Below are positions 8,594 through 14,232 of a DNA stretch of 15,138 nucleotides, in pieces. The stretch is from contig CAZBGH010000014.1 in assembly GCA_964491335.1 (NCBI GenBank), positions 1 to 15,138 of the forward strand. The letters run 5' to 3'. Numbering within the stretch: the first letter of the stretch is position 1; each line of letters opens with the position of its first letter. The translations under genes were made by a program, and so were the position numbers. The notes beneath the pieces are model-generated. The model did not search any database, was not told the DNA's origin, and saw only the letters and a list, made by a program, of their open reading frames with translations. The DNA is from an uncultured Methanosarcinales archaeon (lineage in GTDB: Archaea; Nanobdellota; Nanobdellia; Woesearchaeales; JACPIF01).

Positions 8594-9007
8594 TTAGTTT
8601 ATAACTATGCTCCCCTTCATATCAGCATGTCCAGCACCACAATATACTGTGCATATCATTGTATTGAATGTTCCTGTTTTATCTGCAATAAATTCTATAA
8701 CCTTTGTCTCGTTAGGGGGCAATCTTACACTATCAACGCCAAAATCAGGAATACCTATGCCGTGAGTTACATCAATACTTGTAACCTTAAGCCTTACTTT
8801 ATCACCTTTATTTACTTCAATAACATTTGGGATAAATTCCCACTGTTTTGCTATAACATCAAACTCCTTAAGGTTCCCATTTTGAAATTCTTCTACTGTA
8901 GTTTTACCACCATTTTGGCTCTCTTGTGTTTTAGCACAGCCTGCTAGGATAAACAGAACTAATACTGTTAGTGTAGTGATGAAGTAAAAAATACTTTTCT
9001 TTGTCAT
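8594..9007 (-). CDS. CuA-motif cupredoxin-domain lipoprotein (cytochrome oxidase subunit II C-terminal domain-like), 137 aa
   Basis: Signal peptide with lipobox LAGC. The pattern AKQWEF.P..IEV.KGDKV.L.VTS.DVTHG..IP matches the COX2 cupredoxin fold. The ligand motif C119-TVY-C123-GAG-H127-AD-M130, together with H82, fits the CuA consensus H...CxxxCGxxHxxM. Confidence 0.75.
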   Translation of the reverse strand: MTKKSIFYFITTLTVLVLFILAGCAKTQESQNGGKTTVEEFQNGNLKEFDVIAKQWEFIPNVIEVNKGDKVRLKVTSIDVTHGIGIPDFGVDSVRLPPNETKVIEFIADKTGTFNTMICTVYCGAGHADMKGSIVIN

Positions 9008-9014
9008 TGTACTT

Positions 9015-9518
9015 TTAAGTTTGATTTACAATTGGTTTTAATTTATACCCGATTGGAAACATAATAATTCTTATTGATCCTTTGATGAAAAAATCTCGTA
9101 TATCTGGATCATGGAGTGCATCAGTCAAAACAGATTCTGGGTTGGACCCACTTTCAACTTGACTTGCGTAATGTCTAATTCTGCTATCTAACGGCACATC
9201 TAATAAACCGAGAGGCAAATTTCCAATAGCACCACCTGAAGCTATGTAATCGCAGAGATAAGCTTTTATTGGAGGAGTCTTAATTTCAGATGTAGGTATA
9301 CCAAGCATTTCATGAACGCCTAACCTTTGCAACTCACGAATGGCTAATTGTTTTCTCTTTTTTATTGGTTTTACAATAATCTGATAACCTAAAAGATAAG
9401 ATGGAATAATAACTAGAGATATTGCAGCACCTATTGCTGAAACTATCTCCTTTTTATGTTGACTAATATATGACACACCTTGATTATATAAATCCATAAG
9501 ACTTCCCAAATCGGTCAT
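9015..9518 (-). CDS. Hypothetical single-pass membrane protein (167 aa)
   Basis: ATG start. There is one TM (IVSAIGAAISLVIIPSYLLGYQII) followed by KKRK, so the C-terminal domain is probably cytoplasmic. It ends 7 nt before the cupredoxin ATG. I recognise no motif. Confidence 0.55.
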   Translation of the reverse strand: MTDLGSLMDLYNQGVSYISQHKKEIVSAIGAAISLVIIPSYLLGYQIIVKPIKKRKQLAIRELQRLGVHEMLGIPTSEIKTPPIKAYLCDYIASGGAIGNLPLGLLDVPLDSRIRHYASQVESGSNPESVLTDALHDPDIRDFFIKGSIRIIMFPIGYKLKPIVNQT

Positions 9519-9566
9519 TTTACTTGCCCTTTTTACTCAAGATAAAGCCTATGAAATATCTAATCC

Positions 9567-10871
9567 TTATTGTGCCTGAGGCTGAGGCTCAATAATCTGG
9601 TCAGTCTGAAGATCGTGGTAAATTCCCATAACAGAAGGTGCCCTGAAAGTATATACAGTTTCATTTGTATCTGGATCCTTATCTACTGTTCCAACCTGGT
9701 TCCAGATTTGGATTACTTGTGGATATGCCTCAAGGTCATTTGACATGAACATTGTTGGCACTTTAGTAATATTATATTCTTCTAGCAATTCTTTCCCATT
9801 TTTGGTAGCTATATCATAGGTGCTTTCATGCCCTAAAACAACCCCGAGATTTCCAAGAATTTGTTTGTGAAGACTTATATCATAACATTTTGTGCAGTTT
9901 TTATCTGTAATAAATACAACTCCTACCAGTCCAGTAACTTTTTCTTTCTCAGGATCATAGTAAGGAGCATTTATATTTCTAAAGACATATTTACCATCTG
10001 ATTCAACTGTACCCACATTCTGCCAATTGCTCTTTACTATCTCATACTCTCCAATCTCATTAGTAAATACAATTGACGGAACTTTCTTGAGGTCATATCT
10101 TTTAATTATTTCCTTTCCTTCATTTGAATCTGAATCATAAGAAATCTCTTTACCAAAGAAAATTCCACTTCTCTTTAATTGATTTAGAAGCTGTGAGAGG
10201 TCAGTACATTTATCACAATCCTTTTTATAAATTAATGAAGACTCAACAATTCCTTTTATCTTACCGCTTTGTACGTCAATATAAGGTGGAAGAATCTGAG
10301 TTAACACATAAGCATCTGATTTTTTCTCTAGCAACTGAGCAAGAGCTGCTACTTTATCAAGCTCGCCTGTTACAATTAGTGTAGGCACTCTAGTAATTCC
10401 ATATTTTGCAATTAATTCTTTTGCATCTCTATCATTAACAGTATATTCCTCTTCTTTTATTAGCTTAACCTTATTTTCTTTTATAAGACTAATTATTGAC
10501 TCAATGTTAAAGCACTCTTTGCAATTACTGGCTTTTATGATTGTTAACTTTATATTAGCTGGCTTTAATGCCTCTTCTAAAATTTTCTGAGCGTTATTTA
10601 TTTTATTCTGTGTAAGAAATAATATTCCAACATTAACTAATAGAATTAAAGTAAGGCCTATTATAAGAATATCCCTCAGTTTTTCCCAGTTAGGGCCAGA
10701 TTTGGAATATTCTACTTTAGCGGTATCTTTACCAGTATCTTTTACTAGTTTACTCACTTTAGGTGTTTGCTTTTGCTTTTCCTCTTTATATGCCTGTTTA
10801 TGCTTTCCCTCTACTTTGAGAGGTTTTTCTTGAATTATGTTGCCTTTCTGTATCTTACGCTTTTTTTCCAT
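9567..10871 (-). CDS. Membrane-anchored protein with three tandem thioredoxin-like (CxxC) domains
   Basis: The track start at 10886 is TTG, so I trimmed it to the ATG at 10869-10871 (MEKKRK...). The protein has a Lys-rich N-terminus and a TM (ILIIGLTLILLVNVGILFL). Three units of about 105 aa follow, each with a CxxC (CKEC, CDKC, CTKC at track residues 122, 224, 331). Each unit also has a downstream GKE[LI]...Y.[IL].[RK]VP[TS] cis-Pro segment. Confidence 0.8.
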   Translation of the reverse strand: MEKKRKIQKGNIIQEKPLKVEGKHKQAYKEEKQKQTPKVSKLVKDTGKDTAKVEYSKSGPNWEKLRDILIIGLTLILLVNVGILFLTQNKINNAQKILEEALKPANIKLTIIKASNCKECFNIESIISLIKENKVKLIKEEEYTVNDRDAKELIAKYGITRVPTLIVTGELDKVAALAQLLEKKSDAYVLTQILPPYIDVQSGKIKGIVESSLIYKKDCDKCTDLSQLLNQLKRSGIFFGKEISYDSDSNEGKEIIKRYDLKKVPSIVFTNEIGEYEIVKSNWQNVGTVESDGKYVFRNINAPYYDPEKEKVTGLVGVVFITDKNCTKCYDISLHKQILGNLGVVLGHESTYDIATKNGKELLEEYNITKVPTMFMSNDLEAYPQVIQIWNQVGTVDKDPDTNETVYTFRAPSVMGIYHDLQTDQIIEPQPQAQ

Positions 10872-10910
10872 TATATCACAATACAATTATTTTTATTATT
10901 ACTATACTTT

Positions 10911-11010
10911 GCAACGAGGTGTTTCAGTGGTGCTTGTCTGTCCGCCCATTAATGTTACATCATGGATTGGCGGACTTTTGGCATAGCCTCGTAGTTCGAG
11001 GCTCGTTTGC
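10911..11010 (-). other. GC-rich structured island in an AT-rich intergenic region (candidate 5' leader, cis-regulatory RNA or small RNA)
   Basis: - Perfect 7-bp hairpin gtccgcc (10940-10946) / ggcggac (10969-10975) with a 22-nt loop.
- Perfect 7-bp hairpin agcctcg (10985-10991) / cgaggct (10997-11003) with a 5-nt loop.
- Enclosing helix gcaacg (10911-10916) / cgtttgc (11004-11010) with one bulged t.
- Strand assignment is tentative. Confidence 0.3.
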
Positions 11011-11139
11011 TAATTGTTATAAATAAAAACTACTTTTAGTGAATCATTTGCAGATTATTTTATTTAAAATTAAAACAATCTTAAGTTAAGGACATGAGCC
11101 AATTTGTTGGTAAATATTATAAACTTGGATATTAATAAC

Positions 11140-11613
11140 CTAAAAACTGGTAATACTACACCCGCTCAATTGTGCAAGCCTATCAAAACTCTGCACTCTC
11201 TCATATTTTTGCCCGTTTATAACCCACGTAGGAGTTAATTTAATATCCTGTCCTTCCCTGTAATCCTTATAGTTGATGTATTTAAATGAGTTTCCAAACA
11301 TTGCAGCTTGCTCCTTTGTATAGCTGCACCAGTCAATTGCACCGTACATTATTGCTCCTTTTTCAGTTAAACATTTAGCTAAGTTGTCATAAATACCATA
11401 CTTAAACTTTGATGCATAAATGCCATACCCTAAACCACTAAATATAACTATTACTCCTATAATTGTACTTATAAAATATAATTTTGTTCTTTTTCTTTTG
11501 CTCTGCTGAGCTTTTAGAATGTCATCATCTACTCTTTTTCTTACTGCCTCTGCATGTTCCCTTTGCTTTTGCAAATGTAATTCATGCCTTTCTTTTTTAG
11601 AAAGATTTTCCAT
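11140..11613 (-). CDS. Membrane-anchored thioredoxin-like protein (VKOR-associated Trx-like domain family), monothiol CxxT variant
   Basis: The track start at 11637 is TTG and the first ATG is at 11611-11613 (MENLSKKER...). The protein has a charged N-terminus and a TM (LYFISTIIGVIVIFSGLGYGIY). Next comes CLTEKGAIMYGAIDWCSYTKEQAAMFG...LTPTWVINGQKYERVQSFDRLAQLSGC. This matches my recollection of the GAKMYGAYWCPHCxxQK..FG...YPTW.ING..Y.G...L..L family pattern, but with WCSYT in place of WCPHC. Confidence 0.7.
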   Translation of the reverse strand: MENLSKKERHELHLQKQREHAEAVRKRVDDDILKAQQSKRKRTKLYFISTIIGVIVIFSGLGYGIYASKFKYGIYDNLAKCLTEKGAIMYGAIDWCSYTKEQAAMFGNSFKYINYKDYREGQDIKLTPTWVINGQKYERVQSFDRLAQLSGCSITSF

Positions 11614-11637
11614 TTTTCTATATCTGTTCTTATTCAA

Positions 11638-11853
11638 TTACGCAGACTCTGCATTATATGTTAAGAGTTGTTCTGCTGTGCTTGTGTCTACTGCTGGAGC
11701 AGTTACTCCACATCCGCCGCCTATTACTCCTTGCCCCTGCTGCTGGCCTTGGTATGCTGCGTAACCTGAAGGCTGGCTCTTTGTGCACCCTATTAATAAC
11801 AATAAAGAAGTTCCTATTATTGCTATTATTAACAAAATACTTTTAGTGCTCAT
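11638..11853 (-). CDS. Small Gln/Gly-rich lipoprotein with an internal VIGGGC motif (71 aa)
   Basis: ATG start with GGGGGT 9 nt upstream. It has a signal peptide with lipobox LIGC, then QGQQQGQGVIGGGCGV and a 23-aa tail. Its stop directly abuts the next ORF. Confidence 0.6.
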   Translation of the reverse strand: MSTKSILLIIAIIGTSLLLLIGCTKSQPSGYAAYQGQQQGQGVIGGGCGVTAPAVDTSTAEQLLTYNAESA

Positions 11854-11862
11854 TTTTCAAAA

Positions 11863-11893
11863 ACCCCCTTTCCATCTAAATTTTTTTATATAA
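11863..11893 (-). promoter_or_regulatory. Putative RBS (GGGGGT, 11863-11868) and TATA-like box (TTATATAA, 11886-11893) for the 71-aa gene
   Basis: Read directly. The TATA-like octamer lies about 33 nt upstream of the ATG in a 184-bp AT-rich spacer. Confidence 0.35.
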
Positions 11894-12037
11894 TTGTATT
11901 TACACAATAATTTATACTAAATTATATGTTATCTGCTTATCTTAAAGTATTAATTAATTTTATATTCTATTTACAGTCTAAGTTAAAAATATTGATTTAT
12001 TATTAAAGCTTTGCTAAAATATACCTAACAAAGATAG

Positions 12038-12262
12038 CTAACAGCCCCCTACCATACTTGGAAGGTTCTGTATGCTCTTGGGCACTTGTCCCTGTGCATT
12101 TCCACCCTGGCCTTGGCTTACCACATTCTGCGAGCTGCTGCCTATTGTTGTTATTGCGCCGCTACCAATTTTACTTTTTAGGCTAACTAACTGCACAGCT
12201 TGGACTAATGTTACAAGTACCAAGACTACCAATACAATCACTATCACAGTATTCTTATTCAT
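12038..12262 (-). CDS. Small anchored protein: N-terminal TM/signal, Ser/Gly/Gln-rich linker, C-terminal LPSMVGGC tail (74 aa)
   Basis: The ATG at 12260-12262 has AGGAGGT 7 nt upstream. The hydrophobic N-terminus is VIVIVLVVLVLVTLVQAV, followed by a low-complexity linker. The protein ends ...SIQNLPSMVGGC-TAG. Confidence 0.7.
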   Translation of the reverse strand: MNKNTVIVIVLVVLVLVTLVQAVQLVSLKSKIGSGAITTIGSSSQNVVSQGQGGNAQGQVPKSIQNLPSMVGGC

Positions 12263-12263
12263 A

Positions 12264-13028
12264 TTAACAACCTCCTACCATACTAGGCAACTGGCCTATG
12301 CTTGATATATCCCCAGTGCTTAACTTACTCAGTAGATCCCTATCATTTAAATTTGTAGCTGTTAGTTCCATCTTATTGCTAAGTAGAGCAGTAGCTTTTT
12401 CTACCATGTTTCTTGGGTAATATAAAGATTTCCATCTAATTAATTCTAAAAGTATTTCTTCATCTGTGTATGTATCTGGATAATTCCTAATGAAATATTT
12501 TGCTAGCCCTCTAAAAGATGCTGCATGTGAGCATCCGCATAAATCTCTTCCATTATGATCTGTCACTGCTGGAGCTGAGCAGCAGAACTCACATGATATT
12601 TTTGAAGTAACATCAATATACCTTTGTTTTTCTTCTGCGGTTAAGGTTTTGGTTGGTATAGAATAGTCAAGATTTGCTAGCACATTCAAGCTATTTACTG
12701 GATCGTCATAGCTAACACCGATCTCAGGGCCCCATTTTGGAGTTCCTGTTGGGATTAAAGCATTAATTGCATCTTGTACATCATCACCTGTTCTTGCTGC
12801 TTTTAAAGCAAGCTCTCCTGTTGAACTCTTAATAGTTAATTTATCAGCAGATTTACCTGTTGATCTTCCAAATCCAGAAATAGAGCTAGATAACTTACCG
12901 ATTGATAAAGTTGAAGGTCCTTGACCTAAATTAATACTAGATATCTGATACCAATTAAAAAGAATAAGCAGTACAACCACGCCTATAATATACAACCCGT
13001 ATTTCTCAACTGGATTACTGCTCTTCAT
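12264..13028 (-). CDS. Anchored Cys/His-cluster protein with C-terminal LPSMVGGC tail (254 aa)
   Basis: - ATG with GAGGGGAG upstream.
- N-terminal TM (LYIIGVVVLLILFNWY).
- Ser/Gly linker, then a globular region containing SCEFCCSAPAVTDHNGRDLCGCSHAASF.
- Ends ...SSIGQLPSMVGGC-TAA, 1 nt before the next ATG. Confidence 0.75.
   Translation of the reverse strand: MKSSNPVEKYGLYIIGVVVLLILFNWYQISSINLGQGPSTLSIGKLSSSISGFGRSTGKSADKLTIKSSTGELALKAARTGDDVQDAINALIPTGTPKWGPEIGVSYDDPVNSLNVLANLDYSIPTKTLTAEEKQRYIDVTSKISCEFCCSAPAVTDHNGRDLCGCSHAASFRGLAKYFIRNYPDTYTDEEILLELIRWKSLYYPRNMVEKATALLSNKMELTATNLNDRDLLSKLSTGDISSIGQLPSMVGGC
12270..12276 (-). promoter_or_regulatory. Shine-Dalgarno AGGAGGT for the 74-aa gene, embedded in the V-G-G codons of the upstream gene's tail
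   Basis: Plus-strand acctcct at 12270-12276. The minus strand reads atg gtA GGA GGT tgt taa t ATG. Confidence 0.7.
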
Positions 13029-13225
13029 TAACTCCCCTCGTAATGTAAACCTTTATTCGATTAAAAAATAAATCCTAATTGAAAATTAACCAATAGTTAA
13101 TCATCTTAGGAAACATTTACAAGTATTGTAAAGCATTAAGTATATAAAGTTTTCGATTTGTGGTTCTGGTGCATAGAAGGTTCGTTTACTTATATATCTA
13201 TTTATTGGTGCGATATGGTTGGTTT

Positions 13226-13444
13226 TTATCCTTTTAATGTGGATATATTCCAAACCTTTGGTCTAAATTTAACACTACCCTCTGCTACAGCTTGGTCAAA
13301 TCTATGGTTTGATGGAGATTCGGTTACTCTTTGGTTTGCCTTAGTTATGGATTCGGCTCTAAAAATAAATTTTTTACCAAATCTTCCCAATAGAACCCAT
13401 TCATCACCACCTATATCTGTAGTTGGTATATTAATATTCCCCAT
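13226..13444 (-). CDS. Hypothetical small protein (72 aa), third gene of a coupled three-gene module
   Basis: The track start at 13456 is GTG. The ATG at 13442-13444 lies 1 nt after the upstream TAA (13446-13448). The sequence is MGNINIPTTDIGGDEWVLLGRFGKKFIF..., and I recognise no family. Confidence 0.5.
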   Translation of the reverse strand: MGNINIPTTDIGGDEWVLLGRFGKKFIFRAESITKANQRVTESPSNHRFDQAVAEGSVKFRPKVWNISTLKG

Positions 13445-13445
13445 T

Positions 13446-13817
13446 TTAATATTCACTTATCTTATTTTCCTTCTCAAGTTTCTCCATAATTCTTTCTATT
13501 TGTTCAGAGGGTATTGGTATTGTTCTAATCAAATCAACCATACTTATCCTTATTTTTCCGATACTTTTCAACTTAAGAAGTTGTTCTTTTATTATTTCTT
13601 CAGCTTGCTCATCTGATAAATTAGTTATTAGTTGTTTATCACTTAAAACTTTTCCTTCAAGAGCTTCTACTTTTCTTTGCAATTCTCTAATAAATCCGTA
13701 CAAAACGACATCTTTTCTATCCTCAAAGTCAAGAGCAATCTCTATCGTTATATCCTCATAAGGAACTTTAATCTTTAATTTCCCATCTTCTCCAGTGAAT
13801 TTCGATAGTTTGTGCAT
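13446..13817 (-). CDS. Hypothetical protein with a coiled-coil middle and a possible C-terminal winged-helix segment (123 aa)
   Basis: The ATG at 13815-13817 overlaps the upstream stop (TAATG). Composition is charged and helical (RELQRKVEALEGK). The C-terminus IRISMVDLIRTIPIPSEQIERIMEKLEKENKI looks wHTH-like. Confidence 0.6.
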   Translation of the reverse strand: MHKLSKFTGEDGKLKIKVPYEDITIEIALDFEDRKDVVLYGFIRELQRKVEALEGKVLSDKQLITNLSDEQAEEIIKEQLLKLKSIGKIRISMVDLIRTIPIPSEQIERIMEKLEKENKISEY

Positions 13818-14104
13818 TACTCCATCTCTTCCAATAACTCAATAAATTTTTGAGAGGTAGTTGTATCTTGAGTACTGATATGGAGAATCTTCTTTGCAAT
13901 CTCCTCTTTATTTTCATGATTTAATACAATTGGATATGGAACTTCTTTTTTACTATCTTTTTCACTAACAATAAAGACTATACTAATAGGTTCTATATGT
14001 AGATTCCTCTCTTTTAGTTTTTTCAAAAATTTATCTACGAGAAAATCTTTAATGCTGATGCCCTCAAAATATACAATGTTCTTCTTTTTAATTATCTTAG
14101 GCAT
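13817..14104 (-). CDS. Hypothetical small protein (95 aa), first gene of the three-gene module
   Basis: The track start at 14230 is GTG, and the extension it adds looks non-coding (TATA-rich). The internal ATG at 14102-14104 has GGTGAT 4 nt upstream and a TTTATATA box about 37 nt upstream. The sequence is MPKIIKKKNIVYFEGISIKDF... Confidence 0.5.
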   Translation of the reverse strand: MPKIIKKKNIVYFEGISIKDFLVDKFLKKLKERNLHIEPISIVFIVSEKDSKKEVPYPIVLNHENKEEIAKKILHISTQDTTTSQKFIELLEEME

Positions 14105-14140
14105 CACAATCACCACTATGCTTAAACATATACTTGAAAC

Positions 14141-14148
14141 TATATAAA
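14141..14148 (-). promoter_or_regulatory. TATA-like box (minus strand TTTATATA) in the divergent intergenic region 14105-14232
   Basis: Plus-strand tatataaa at 14141-14148. A second atatataaag at about 14166-14175 could serve the divergent plus-strand ORF. Confidence 0.35.
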
Positions 14149-14232
14149 TATTACTACTATAGGTGATATATAAAGTTTTATCAATCTTGTGAAGTTGCCT
14201 TACACTATACTTACAAAGTTTTACATCCACTT

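Noticed and set aside
10911-11010. tRNA (possibly intron-containing) in the GC-rich island
   Set aside because: I tried to thread a cloverleaf on both strands. The acceptor stem has mismatches at pairs 1-72 and 2-71. No D-arm pairing is possible. The would-be T-loop (gtagttc) lacks the TTCRA consensus. It is not a tRNA.
12041-12290. LPSMVGGC as a sortase LPXTG signal, or as a ubiquitin-like/ThiS-MoaD GG sulfur-carrier terminus
   Set aside because: Sortase signals need a hydrophobic helix and a basic tail after the motif, and here the protein ends at the Cys. Sulfur-carrier GG proteins are cytoplasmic beta-grasp domains. These proteins are N-terminally anchored, low-complexity and exported.
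8627-12305. Plus-strand ORFs 8627..8947, 10124..10384, 10767..10952, 11519..11764, 11658..11846 and 12072..12305
   Set aside because: Each is antisense to a minus-strand gene with clear motifs (CuA cupredoxin, Trx repeats, Trx-like protein, small tail proteins). Their products are Leu/Phe/Cys-rich nonsense typical of shadow frames.
13158-13616. Plus-strand 152-aa ORF
   Set aside because: It starts at a non-ATG codon and has an F/L/Y-rich low-complexity product. It overlaps two minus-strand ORFs that are translationally coupled and look like real proteins. It is probably spurious, but this is the least certain rejection.
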